Below, piece by piece: positions 55,693 through 64,000 of a stretch of 64,000 bases of DNA. Source of the stretch: an uncultured Alphaproteobacteria bacterium. Its GTDB lineage: Bacteria; Pseudomonadota; Alphaproteobacteria; Geminicoccales; Geminicoccaceae. Under the pieces are notes generated by a model, which saw only the letters and a list, made by a program, of their open reading frames with translations, was not told where the DNA came from and ran no database searches. Position 1 is the stretch's first letter. Each line of letters begins with the position of its first letter. Where the stretch lies: contig CALKJU010000067.1 in assembly GCA_937995535.1 (NCBI GenBank), positions 25 through 64,024 on the forward strand, read 5' to 3'. The position numbers were made by a program, and so were the translations under genes.

Positions 55693-56679
55693 TCACTTGG
55701 CGGCGACGGGATCGCGCGGGTGGTGATGGTGCCCGTGGTCGTCGTGGTGGTGATGACGATGATGATGATGGTCGCCGGCGTCGTGGTGGTGATCGTGGTG
55801 GTGGTGACCAGTCCCGATGCCCTCGACGTGGTGGTGGTGGCTCTCCTGCGGTGCGCCCAGCGCCGCCTCGTGGCCGAGGATCCGCGTGCGGTACTTGCAG
55901 AGCGAGCAGTTCATGGCCGTGTCGCCTTCGAGCACGCCCATGATGCGCTCGACGAACGTCGCCACGACCAGCGGGTGGTCGTTGAGATAGCCAGCCTTGA
56001 GGATCTCGACCTCGGGGTGGCGCGCCGCCGCCTCAGCGGCCGCCGCGTAGATCCTCTCGACCAGCACGCCGGTGAACAGGAAGTAAGGAAAGACGACGAT
56101 GCGGCGAAAGCCGAGGCGGACGGCGCGTTCCAGCGCCACGTCGGTGCGCGGATGGGCGACGCCGGAGTAGGCGAGCTCCGCGTGGGCGAAGCCCATCCCC
56201 TCCCAGAGCATCCGCGCGACCTTGGCGACGTTGCCGTTGGCGTCGCTGTCGGAGGTCCCACGACCGACGACCAGGAGCAGCGTCTCATCGCGTGGTACCG
56301 GGGCTGCTTGGGCGTCGAGGCAGGCCTCGATGCGGTCGCGCGACGCCTCGAGCAGCTTCGCGTCGATGCCGAGATCGCGACCCATGTCGATCCGCAGGCC
56401 GTGCGCCGCGGCGTAGGTGTTGAGGACCGACGGGACGTCGTTCTTCACGTGACCGGCGGCGAACAGCATCCCCGGCACGGCGATGACGCGCCGGACGCCG
56501 TGGTCGCGCAGACGGTCCAGCCCCTCGCGGATGATCGGCCGGGCGAACTCGAGATAGCCATGCGCCACCGGCCACGCCGGCAAGCCGACGCGGACGCGAT
56601 CGACGAGGTGCGCGAATTCGCGACAGGCGGCCTCGTCGCGGCTGCCATGGCCGCACAGCATCACGCCGATCTCGCTCAT
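55693..56679 (-). CDS. cbiX: sirohydrochlorin cobaltochelatase, long CbiX form with Cys motif and poly-His tail
   Basis: Two CbiX half-domains (GVMLCGHGSRDE; LLLVVGRGTSDSDANG), MNCSLCKYR (Fe-S-type MxCxxC). The C-terminal 50 aa contain 24 His (HHHHVEGIGTGHHHHDHHHDAGDHHHHRHHHHDDHGHHHH). Confidence 0.9.
   Translation of the reverse strand: MSEIGVMLCGHGSRDEAACREFAHLVDRVRVGLPAWPVAHGYLEFARPIIREGLDRLRDHGVRRVIAVPGMLFAAGHVKNDVPSVLNTYAAAHGLRIDMGRDLGIDAKLLEASRDRIEACLDAQAAPVPRDETLLLVVGRGTSDSDANGNVAKVARMLWEGMGFAHAELAYSGVAHPRTDVALERAVRLGFRRIVVFPYFLFTGVLVERIYAAAAEAAARHPEVEILKAGYLNDHPLVVATFVERIMGVLEGDTAMNCSLCKYRTRILGHEAALGAPQESHHHHVEGIGTGHHHHDHHHDAGDHHHHRHHHHDDHGHHHHPRDPVAAK
55720..55850 (-). repeat. His-codon (CAC/CAT) rich low-complexity tract inside cbiX
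   Basis: The plus strand reads runs of GTGGTG/GATGATG (e.g. gtggtggtgatgacgatgatgatgatggtc). Confidence 0.9.
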
Positions 56680-56680
56680 G

Positions 56681-56850
56681 CCGCTCCTGTCCGGGCTTGG
56701 CGCGGAGGTAGCGGGTGCTTACCAGCGGCCCCGGGAGCGAACAAGCGACGCCTTCCGGTAGGCAAGGGCGGCACACGTGCCGTTTGAATCGGCCGCCCGG
56801 CCCCGCTAGCGTCGCGACCACGCGAGGCCGGGAACCTGCGGGCGTCGCGT
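56681..56850 (-). promoter_or_regulatory. candidate cobalamin riboswitch in the cbiX leader (orientation and boundaries tentative)
   Basis: The minus strand contains, in canonical order: AGGTTCC; AGCGGGGCCGGGCGGCCGATTC (cf. AGGGAA..GGTG..AATCC); GCCGCCCTTGCCTACCGGAAGG (cf. GCTGCCCCCGCAACTGTAAGCGG); GGCCGCTGG (cf. GCCACTG); and CCAAGCCCGGACAGGAGC (cf. B12 box CCAAGCCCGAAGACCTGCC). The last overlaps the AGGAG Shine-Dalgarno, which ends 4 nt before the ATG (5-nt spacer). The match is by eye to remembered consensus only. Confidence 0.4.
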
Positions 56851-56867
56851 TCAGCCGTGAGAGGCCC

Positions 56868-58295
56868 ATGCTCTTCGTCGAGGGGCGGTTCTTCCTCTTC
56901 TTCGCGATCGTGTTCGCGGTGTACTGGCTGCTGCCGGGCAACCGCGGCCGCAAGCTGTGGCTGCTCGGCGCCAGCTACCTGTTCTACGCCGCCTGGGATT
57001 GGCGTTTCGTCTTCCAGATGATGCTGATCACCGGGATCGACTGGTGGGTCGGCGTGCAGCTCGGCGCCACGCACGACCCCGCGCGCCGCCGCAATCTCGT
57101 CCTGCTCGCCCTGGTCACCAACCTCGGCAATTTGTTCTTTTTCAAGTATTTCAACTTCTTCGCCGACTCGTTCGCGACCCTGCTGGCGGCCTTCGGCACG
57201 CAGGCGAGCTGGACCACCCTGAACATCATCCTGCCGGTCGGGATCAGCTTCTACACCTTTCACATGCTGAGCTACGTGATCGACGTCTACCGGCAGGAGA
57301 TCAGACCGCGCCCGGAGATCCTCGACGTCGCGCTGTTCGCCGCGTTCTTCCCGCAGCTCGTCGCCGGGCCGATCCTCCGGGCGAGCCAGTTCCTTCCGCA
57401 GTTCGACAGCAAGCGGAGCTGGGAGGACGTCCGGGTCCAGGCGTGCCTGACACTGTTCCTCATCGGGTACGTCAAGAAGGCCTGCGTTTCCGACAACATC
57501 TCTCCGTTCGTCGATCAAGTCTATGCCGCACCGGCCTTGTACTCGGCCGACGCGTTGATCGGCGCGACGATCCTCTACGCGGTCCAGATCTATTGCGATT
57601 TCTCGGGCTACACCGACATGGCGCTCGCCAGTGCCGGCCTCCTCGGCTTCTATCTCCCGCCGAACTTCGCTTGGCCGTACTTCGCGCGCAACATCACCGA
57701 CTTCTGGCGGCGTTGGCATATCAGCCTGTCCAGCTGGCTGCGCGACTACCTCTACATTCCGCTCGGCGGCAACCGGCACGGCGAGCTGATGCGCTACCGC
57801 AACCTCATGCTGACCATGATCCTCGGCGGCCTGTGGCACGGCGCGGCGTGGACCTTCGTCGTCTGGGGCACGCTGCACGGCATGGCGCTCGCCGCACATC
57901 ATGCGTTCCGCGATCACGTCGCGCCGCGGCTCGGCCTTCCCGCATCCTCGCCGCTCGGGTCAGCCGTCGGGCTGGTGCTCGGCACGGTCGTCACGTTCTG
58001 GTGGGTGTGCCTCGCCTGGATCTTCTTCCGCGCCGTGGGCTTCGCCGATGCGTTGATCATCGCCAAGGCCTATCTGACGTTCACCGCCGACGGCACGCTG
58101 CCGCTCGGGCTCGACTGGAAGCCGCTGGTCCTGGCGCTCGCCGGGCTGCATTGGCTGGCCTGGCGCTGGCGACCGGAGGAGCGGGCCGAGGCAATCCCGC
58201 AGCTCCCCTTCGCCGCCGGCCTTGGTGCCGCGACGGCTGTGGCTCTCGCGTTCGTCCCGCCTGAGTATCAGCCTTTCGTCTATTTCCAGTTCTAG
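56868..58295 (+). CDS. MBOAT-family membrane O-acyltransferase (AlgI/DltB/PatA-like)
   Basis: FLFFAIVFAVYWLL, LPVGISFYTFHMLSYVIDVYR, YCDFSGYTDMA, NITDFWRRWHISLSSWLRDYLYIPLGGNR (catalytic His region). Confidence 0.9.
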   Translation: MLFVEGRFFLFFAIVFAVYWLLPGNRGRKLWLLGASYLFYAAWDWRFVFQMMLITGIDWWVGVQLGATHDPARRRNLVLLALVTNLGNLFFFKYFNFFADSFATLLAAFGTQASWTTLNIILPVGISFYTFHMLSYVIDVYRQEIRPRPEILDVALFAAFFPQLVAGPILRASQFLPQFDSKRSWEDVRVQACLTLFLIGYVKKACVSDNISPFVDQVYAAPALYSADALIGATILYAVQIYCDFSGYTDMALASAGLLGFYLPPNFAWPYFARNITDFWRRWHISLSSWLRDYLYIPLGGNRHGELMRYRNLMLTMILGGLWHGAAWTFVVWGTLHGMALAAHHAFRDHVAPRLGLPASSPLGSAVGLVLGTVVTFWWVCLAWIFFRAVGFADALIIAKAYLTFTADGTLPLGLDWKPLVLALAGLHWLAWRWRPEERAEAIPQLPFAAGLGAATAVALAFVPPEYQPFVYFQF

Positions 58296-58304
58296 GCGCT
58301 GCGG

Positions 58305-59258
58305 ATGGCTGCTGCCGCAGCCGCGCTCGCCCTGGCGTTGGTCGTCGATGCCCGCTTCGGCGAACCGGAAGCGCTGTATCGGCGGGTGCCGCATCCGGTC
58401 GTCCTCGTCGGCCGGCTGATCGCCTGGCTCGACGAGCGGCTGCACAGTCCGGCGGCACCCGCCGCCGCCCAGAGGGTCGCGGGCGCGGTGCTGCTGACGA
58501 CGGTCCTGGCCGCCACCATCGCCGCGGCACTCGTGATCCAGGCGCTCGCGACGCTGCTGCCGGGCGGCTGGATCCTCGAGGGGCTGGTCATGAGCGCGCT
58601 GCTCGCGCAACGGAGCCTCGTCATCCATGTCCGCGCGGTCGCCGACGGGCTGCGCCAGGGCTTGGCCGAGGGCCGCAGCGCGGTGGCGCGGATCGTCGGA
58701 CGCGACCCGGAGCGCCTGGATGCCTTCGCCGTCGCCCGGGCGGCGCTCGAATCGCTCGCCGAGAACCTGTCCGACGCGGTGGTGGCGCCGCTGTTCTGGG
58801 GCGTGCTCCTGGGCCTTCCCGGCATGGCCGCCTACAAGGCGCTCAACACCGCGGACAGCATGGTCGGGCACAGGACGCCACGCCATCGGCACATCGGCTG
58901 GGCCAGCGCGCGGCTCGACGATCTCGCCAATCTGGCGCCGGCGCGGCTCACCGCGCTGCTTCTGGTGGCGGTGGCACCGGCGGACCGTCGTCGCGCCGCG
59001 CTGGCGGCCTGTCGTCGCGACGCACCGCGTCATCGCTCGCCGAATGCGGGTTGGCCGGAGGCGGCGCTGGCCGGAGCGCTGGGCGTGCGGCTCGCCGGCC
59101 CGCGCAGCTATGGTGGCGTGGTGGTGCGCGACGGCTGGATGGGCGACGGCCGGACCGAGGTGCTGCCCGAGGACATCGACGCGGGGGTGCGGCTCGCCTG
59201 GCGTGCCTGGGCTTTGGCTGGGGGCCTCGCCGTCACCGCGGCGCTCGTCATCGGCTGA
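58305..59258 (+). CDS. cbiB: adenosylcobinamide-phosphate synthase (CobD/CbiB)
   Basis: [70 protein letters not shown]. It starts 9 nt after the MBOAT stop. Confidence 0.9.
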   Translation: MAAAAAALALALVVDARFGEPEALYRRVPHPVVLVGRLIAWLDERLHSPAAPAAAQRVAGAVLLTTVLAATIAAALVIQALATLLPGGWILEGLVMSALLAQRSLVIHVRAVADGLRQGLAEGRSAVARIVGRDPERLDAFAVARAALESLAENLSDAVVAPLFWGVLLGLPGMAAYKALNTADSMVGHRTPRHRHIGWASARLDDLANLAPARLTALLLVAVAPADRRRAALAACRRDAPRHRSPNAGWPEAALAGALGVRLAGPRSYGGVVVRDGWMGDGRTEVLPEDIDAGVRLAWRAWALAGGLAVTAALVIG

Positions 59259-60729
59259 TCCGCGGCCGGCGCGCGGCGCCGAGCAGGGCCTCGACGTCGA
59301 TGCAGGCGGCGAGGTGCTCGGCGAGCCGGTCGAGGGTCGCCTCGATGCCGTCGCGATAGGCCAATCCCGACGGCGCGCGGTCGTGCAGGCGGGCGAGAAA
59401 CGCGTGCCGGAACGCGTCGTCGGCGAACAGTCCATGCAAGTAGCAGCCCGCCACGCGCCCGTCGGCCGCGATCGCACCGTCGTGCGCGCCGGTCTCGAGA
59501 CGCAGCAGCGGGCGGGTCGTGTCCGGGCCGGTCGTATGGCCGAGGTGGATCTCGTAGCCGGCGACCGCGCATCCGCTGGTCAGCTCGAAGGCGCGCATCT
59601 CGCGGACCGTCTTGCTCGGCTGGAGTACGGTCGTCACGTCGAGCAGGCCGAGGCCCGGCGCCGTGGCCGGCTCGCCTTCGAGGCCCAGCGGGTCGTGGAT
59701 CGTGCGGCCGAGCATCTGGTAGCCGCCGCACAGGCCGAGGACGTGCCCGCCGCGGCGGCGATGGGCCGCGATGTCGATGTCCCAGCCTGCGGCGCGCAAG
59801 GCGGCGAGGTCGGCGAGCACGGCCTTGCTGCCGGGGAGCAGCACGAGGTCGGTGTCGGCGGGCAAGGCATCGCCGGGCTCCAGCAGCCGGATGGTGACGT
59901 CCGGCTCCTGGGCCAGCGGGTCGAGGTCGTCGAAGTTGGCGATCCGCGGCAGGCGTGGGACGGCGATCCGCACGAGTTCCGTGCCGTCGCGCGGCGCCGC
60001 GGTGAGGCCCAGCACGTCCTCCTGCGGCAGCCGGCGGGCATCGGCAAACCAGGTCACCACGCCCACGCAGGCGAGGCCGGTCCGGGCGCGCAGAATCGGC
60101 AGGGCGCCGTCGAACAGCCGTGGATCGCCGCGAAACTTGTTGATCAGATAGCCGGTGACCAGGGCCCGCTCGGGCGGGTCGAGCAGGGCGATCGTGCCGA
60201 CGATGGCGGCGAGCGCTCCGCCGCGCTCGATGTCGGCGACGAGAAGGACCGGCAGGTCCGCGGCCAGCGCGAAGCCCATGTTGGCGATGTCGCCGGCGCG
60301 GAGATTGCGCTCGGCCGGGCTGCCCGCCCCCTCGACCAGCACGAGGTCCGCCTCGGCGGCGAGGATCGCGAAACTGTCGAGCACGGCCGGCAACAGCGTC
60401 GGCTTCAGCGCGTGGTAGGCCCGGGCCGTGCAGCTCCCCTGGCGACGCCCTTGCACCACCACCTGCGCTCCGGTGTCCGTCTCGGGCTTGAGGAGCACCG
60501 GGTTCATGTGCCGCGAAGGCGGCACCCCGCAGGCCTGCGCCTGCAGCGCCTGGGCCCGCCCGATCTCGCCGCCGTCCGCCGTGACCGCGGCGTTGTTGCT
60601 CATGTTCTGCGGCTTGAACGGGCGCACGCGAAGGCCCCGCCGCGTCAGCAGGCGGCACAGCCCGGCGACGAGCAGGGACTTGCCGACATCCGAGCCGGTC
60701 CCCTGCAGCATCAGCGCCTTCGCGACCAT
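59248..60729 (-). CDS. cobQ: cobyric acid synthase
   Basis: [45 protein letters not shown] domain [17 protein letters not shown]; 493 aa. Confidence 0.9.
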   Translation of the reverse strand: MVAKALMLQGTGSDVGKSLLVAGLCRLLTRRGLRVRPFKPQNMSNNAAVTADGGEIGRAQALQAQACGVPPSRHMNPVLLKPETDTGAQVVVQGRRQGSCTARAYHALKPTLLPAVLDSFAILAAEADLVLVEGAGSPAERNLRAGDIANMGFALAADLPVLLVADIERGGALAAIVGTIALLDPPERALVTGYLINKFRGDPRLFDGALPILRARTGLACVGVVTWFADARRLPQEDVLGLTAAPRDGTELVRIAVPRLPRIANFDDLDPLAQEPDVTIRLLEPGDALPADTDLVLLPGSKAVLADLAALRAAGWDIDIAAHRRRGGHVLGLCGGYQMLGRTIHDPLGLEGEPATAPGLGLLDVTTVLQPSKTVREMRAFELTSGCAVAGYEIHLGHTTGPDTTRPLLRLETGAHDGAIAADGRVAGCYLHGLFADDAFRHAFLARLHDRAPSGLAYRDGIEATLDRLAEHLAACIDVEALLGAARRPRISR

Positions 60730-60743
60730 CGGTCGGCGCCCGC

Positions 60744-61361
60744 TCAGAACTCGACGCCGAGCTGTCCCTTCACCCCGGCCCGGAACGGGTGCTTGACGAG
60801 CCGCATCTCGGTGACGAGGTCCGCCGCCTCGATCAGCTCGGGCCTGGCGTTGCGCCCGGTGACCACGACGTGCAGGCCGTTGCGGCGTGCCGCGAGACCC
60901 GCCAGCACCTCGTCGAGCGGCAGCAGGTCGTAGCGCAGGACGATGTTGAGCTCGTCGAGGATCACCAGATGCAGGTGCGGATCCGTCAGCATGCGCAGCG
61001 CCTCGGCCCAGGCGGCGCGCGCCGCTGCGAGATCGCGCGCCCGGTCCTGCGTCTCCCAGGTGAAGCCCTCGCCCATCACCTTGAGGGTCACGAGATCGGG
61101 GAACCGCTCCAGCAGCAGCCGCTCGCCCGGGATACGGCGGCCCTTGACGAACTGCACGACACCGATCGGCAGGCCGTGGCCGAGGCAGCGCATCGCCAAC
61201 CCCCAGGCCGCCGTGCTCTTGCCTTTGCCGGTCCCGGTATGGACCATGAGCAGGCCCTTCTCCACCGTCTTGCTCGCGTAGAGCCGGTCCTTGGCCGCCT
61301 TGATGCGCGCCATCTTGGCGGCGTGCTGGTCCGGGTCGGGCGTCAGGGGGGTCGTGGCCAT
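60744..61361 (-). CDS. cobO: cob(I)yrinic acid a,c-diamide adenosyltransferase
   Basis: [47 protein letters not shown]; 205 aa. Confidence 0.9.
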   Translation of the reverse strand: MATTPLTPDPDQHAAKMARIKAAKDRLYASKTVEKGLLMVHTGTGKGKSTAAWGLAMRCLGHGLPIGVVQFVKGRRIPGERLLLERFPDLVTLKVMGEGFTWETQDRARDLAAARAAWAEALRMLTDPHLHLVILDELNIVLRYDLLPLDEVLAGLAARRNGLHVVVTGRNARPELIEAADLVTEMRLVKHPFRAGVKGQLGVEF

Positions 61362-61437
61362 CGGGATCTCGGCGGCTGTCGCGGGTGGCGCCGAGCATAG
61401 CCGCCGCCGGCGGCGCGGCCACCTCGCCCGCGCCGAA

Positions 61438-62208
61438 TCAGGCCGGCTGGGCCGGGAGGTCGTGGCGGCGAAGGAAGTCCGTATAGCGCTCGGCGATCAG
61501 CGCCGCCTCGGCGGCCGGCAGGACCCGGTGCCAGTCGCCGTCGCTATAGTCGCTGACATGGCCCGTCTGGAAGCCGCTTTCGGGATCGAACAGGCGGATC
61601 GAGCCGTCAGGATTGAGCACCCCATCGGCTCCGGCGCCGCTGGCGGCGAGCCGGTCGAGCCGCTCGCGCACCGCCGCTTTCGTCAGGCCCGCAACGAGCT
61701 GGTCGCGCGCCTCGGGGGCGCAGGCGACCTGCAGGAACGTCGCGATTTCGTCCACCACGTTGGCCGGGCGCAGCGCGATGTCGGCATAGCGCAGCCAGAG
61801 GACCTGCGAGGGTGCCAGCGCCCGGCGGTAGTGGTCGAGCAGCGCCGCCCAAGCGTCGACCCTGGGCGCAGCATGAGCGAGCGGCATGCGCATGAAGCGC
61901 ATCAGCGACACGACCACGTCGCGCGGGTCACGGAGCGGCAGGATGACAAGAGAGCGCTTCGCGCCGAACGGGATCGCGTGGTGGGTCTTGAGGACCCGGA
62001 TCCGGTGCGGGTCGGGGTCGGCGATCGCCCGCTGCGCCTCGGCGTGCACCTCCGCCTCGAGCTTGGGTACCTGCGCCGGGAGGACCTCGAGGCCGGCGCT
62101 CGCCACCAGCGCCCGGGCGACGTTGTAGGTCCACATCGAGCCGCAGCGCGGCATGCCCGCCACCCAGACGATCTTGGCCTCGCGCAAGCTCGTGCTCCCC
62201 GGCGCCAC
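61438..62208 (-). CDS. sulfotransferase-family protein (PAPS-binding motifs)
   Basis: 5'-PSB-like loop WVAGMPRCGSMW and 3'-PB-like ILPLRDPRDVVVSL; 256 aa. It lies between cobN and cobO on the same strand. Confidence 0.6.
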   Translation of the reverse strand: MAPGSTSLREAKIVWVAGMPRCGSMWTYNVARALVASAGLEVLPAQVPKLEAEVHAEAQRAIADPDPHRIRVLKTHHAIPFGAKRSLVILPLRDPRDVVVSLMRFMRMPLAHAAPRVDAWAALLDHYRRALAPSQVLWLRYADIALRPANVVDEIATFLQVACAPEARDQLVAGLTKAAVRERLDRLAASGAGADGVLNPDGSIRLFDPESGFQTGHVSDYSDGDWHRVLPAAEAALIAERYTDFLRRHDLPAQPA

Positions 62209-62257
62209 GCCACCGAGCGGAACGTCGCAGCGAAGGCCGAAGAACCGGTTAACGGCG

Positions 62258-64000
62258 TCAGCCGCTCAGCTCGTCGAGGGTGGCGAGAGCGCTGTTGCGC
62301 TGCGGTCGCCACAGCCCACGGCGGGCCGCTTCGAGGAACCGGTGCGCGGTCTCGCGCAGTGCGTGCGGGTTGTTCTCGGCGAGAAAGGCACGCACCGTCT
62401 CGTCGGCGATGTAGGCGTCGTAGAGCGCCTCGAAATGGTGGTCGCCGACCACCCGCGCCGTGGCGGCGTAGGCGAACAGGTAGTCGACCGTGGCCGCGAT
62501 CTCGAAGGCGCCCTTGTAGCCGTGGCGCATGACACCTTCGATCCAGCGCGGATTGGCGGCGCGACCACGGACGATGCGCCCGATCTCCTCCTGCAGGCGG
62601 CAGGCGCGCGGCCGCTCGGGACGGCTCGTGTCGAGGTGCAGGATCTCCGGCTGAGCACCGCCCGCCGCGCGTACGGCCGCAGCCAAGCCGCCCTCGAACT
62701 GCCAGTAGTCGTCGCTGTCGAGGAGATCGTGCTCGCGATTGTCCTGCGCGTGGACGACCAGCTCGGTGGCGCCGAGACGACGGGTCAGGGCGTCCTCGGC
62801 CTGCATGCCGTCGAGCCCGCGCCCATAGGCGTAGCCGCCATAGCGCAGGAACGCGCGGCCGAGCTCAGCCTCGTCCTGCCACGCGTCGCTGTCGACGAGG
62901 CCTTGCAGGCCGGTGCCGTAGGCGCCGGGAGGCGCGCCGAACAGCCTCGCCGTGGCCAGCCGGCGGGCGCGATCCGCGGTGTGGCCCTGGGCCTCCAGGC
63001 GCGTGGCTTCCTCGCGTGCCGCCGCGGCCAACGGGTTGAGCGCGGCGGGCTCGTCGAGCGCGGCGACGGCCCGGACGGCGTCGTCGAGGAGCAGGACCTG
63101 CGCCGGGAAGGCGTCGCGGAACAGGCCGGAGATGCGCAAGGTGACGTCGACACGTGGCCGGTCCAGGACGTCGAGGGGCAGGATCTCGACGCCGGTCACG
63201 CGCCCGGTCGTGACGTCCCAGGTCGGGCGGCAGCCCATCAGCGCCAGCGCCTGGGCGATGTCGTCGCCGCCGGTGCGCATGTTCGCTGTGCCCCAGGCCG
63301 AGAGCGCCACGCGCCGCGGCCAGTCGCCGTGGAGCTGGAGGTGCTGCTCGAGCAGCGTGGTCGCGGCGGCCCAGCCGAGCCGCCATGCCGCTGGCGTCGG
63401 CACAGCGCGGGTGTCGACGGAGTAGAAGTTGCGGCCGGTGGGCAACACCTCGGGCCGGCCGCGGGTCGGTGCGCCACTTGGCCCCGGGGGCACCCGCCGT
63501 CCGTCGAGGCCGGCGAGCAGCGCGGCCAGCTCGCGTGGACCCGACAAGTCGAGCGCCGGCGCCAGGGACGTGCGAACCACGTCCAGGACGGCGTGGCTGC
63601 GTGGCCAATCAGGCTCGGGGTCACGGGTGCCCTCGACCAGGGCAAGTGCCAGCAGCTCGAGCCGCTCGACGGTGTCGCCGGCGCTGCGCCAAGGCTCAGC
63701 GGACAGCCGACACAACGGCTCGGGCCGAGGACCGTTCCAGGCCGCGCCGAGGTCGAGCGTGAGCGGATCGATCCCGAGTCCGAGATCCTCGGCGAGGGCT
63801 CGGGTCAGCGAGGCGTTGCCGCCACGCCCGTCGCCGCGCGGGACGCGGGAGAGCGCAAGCAGGAGATCGGTTCGCTGGGCGCCGTCGGGTGAGCGGCCGA
63901 AAATGTGCAGCCCGTCGCGGATCTGCAGCTCCTTCAGCTCGCACAGATGCGCATCGAGCCGGGTGAGCATGGCCGCCGTGCCGGCCGAGCGGTCGAGGTC
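62258..64000 (-). CDS. cobN: cobaltochelatase large subunit CobN, C-terminal about 580 codons (gene continues right of window)
   Basis: ELKELQIRDGLHIFG, PTGRNFYSVD, LSAWGTANMRTGGDDIAQALALMG, GLFRDAFP, VVHAQDNREHDLLDSDDYWQFEGG, NPRWIEGVMRHGYKGAFE are CobN/Mg-chelatase H-family motifs. The frame is open to nt 64000. Confidence 0.9.
   Translation of the reverse strand, partial: DLDRSAGTAAMLTRLDAHLCELKELQIRDGLHIFGRSPDGAQRTDLLLALSRVPRGDGRGGNASLTRALAEDLGLGIDPLTLDLGAAWNGPRPEPLCRLSAEPWRSAGDTVERLELLALALVEGTRDPEPDWPRSHAVLDVVRTSLAPALDLSGPRELAALLAGLDGRRVPPGPSGAPTRGRPEVLPTGRNFYSVDTRAVPTPAAWRLGWAAATTLLEQHLQLHGDWPRRVALSAWGTANMRTGGDDIAQALALMGCRPTWDVTTGRVTGVEILPLDVLDRPRVDVTLRISGLFRDAFPAQVLLLDDAVRAVAALDEPAALNPLAAAAREEATRLEAQGHTADRARRLATARLFGAPPGAYGTGLQGLVDSDAWQDEAELGRAFLRYGGYAYGRGLDGMQAEDALTRRLGATELVVHAQDNREHDLLDSDDYWQFEGGLAAAVRAAGGAQPEILHLDTSRPERPRACRLQEEIGRIVRGRAANPRWIEGVMRHGYKGAFEIAATVDYLFAYAATARVVGDHHFEALYDAYIADETVRAFLAENNPHALRETAHRFLEAARRGLWRPQRNSALATLDELSG

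Noticed and set aside
55720-55850. Short tandem repeats that might be a CRISPR-like or VNTR array.
   Set aside because: They are in-frame His/Asp codon runs inside cbiX, with no spacer-repeat periodicity.
56680-56867. Plus-strand reading of the same leader as a B12 riboswitch for MBOAT-cbiB.
   Set aside because: The distance between the CCCCGC..GCGT block and the B12-box-like block is only about 14 nt, and the GGGAA block is poor. The minus-strand reading fits the consensus order and spacing better. It is kept only as a caveat.
1-64000. Search for IS elements, integrases, transposases, phage genes, rRNA/tRNA genes and CRISPR arrays across the window.
   Set aside because: No ORF translation shows DDE, tyrosine- or serine-recombinase or phage structural motifs. 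No terminal inverted repeats or regularly spaced repeats were noticed. The absence is stated with the limits of reading by eye.

Overview
Densely coding, high-GC (about 68-70 % by eye) segment with alphaproteobacterial-type gene content. I recognised no rRNA, tRNA, CRISPR array, IS element, transposase or integrase. Family calls rest on motif recognition in the supplied ORF translations; no searches were run.

Layout:
(1) 1-1.6 kb: right edge of a lower-GC (about 55 %) accessory patch. It holds a 3-TM/coiled-coil ORF and a decayed RelE/ParE plus Phd-XRE toxin-antitoxin pair. It abuts a TRAP dctP-dctQ operon that lacks dctM.
(2) 1.7-37.7 kb: transport and catabolism. Contents are MaoC/amidohydrolase, two paralogous SLC13/DASS permeases with TrkA-C domains, a TAXI-TRAP system with DUF1850, a split Tm-1-like gene pair, and an FkbM methyltransferase. 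There is also a FucU + three TIM-barrel isomerases + two Gfo/Idh/MocA oxidoreductases sugar cluster, then cutC, EEP, GST and alr. Further genes are a His-less histidine-kinase core divergent from a Crp/Fnr regulator, a DJ-1 gene, a two-ATPase ABC sugar importer, and a DUF3750 / EF-hand / peptidoglycan-binding lipoprotein / HD-GYP gene string.
(3) 37.7-40.5 kb: a small parA whose 3' 191 nt are duplicated as imperfect direct repeats around a promoter-bearing higBA cassette, followed by an uncharacterised 236-aa ORF.
(4) 40.6-64 kb: gshA and a large cobalamin locus (cobA, cobS, cobT, cobB, cbiD, cobK, cobM, cbiG-cobJ fusion, cobI, cobL, cobH, His-tailed cbiX, cbiB, cobQ, cobO, cobN). Non-cob passengers are interleaved: an LctP-type permease, an orphan TRAP binding protein, an MBOAT acyltransferase and a sulfotransferase. 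A candidate B12 riboswitch lies upstream of cbiX.

I cannot name a single definite novel system. The most promising places are the parA/higBA/236-aa ORF junction, the left-edge membrane ORF, the EF-hand/HD-GYP envelope string, and the passengers inside the cob locus. The many long ORFs antisense to real genes are treated as high-GC artefacts.
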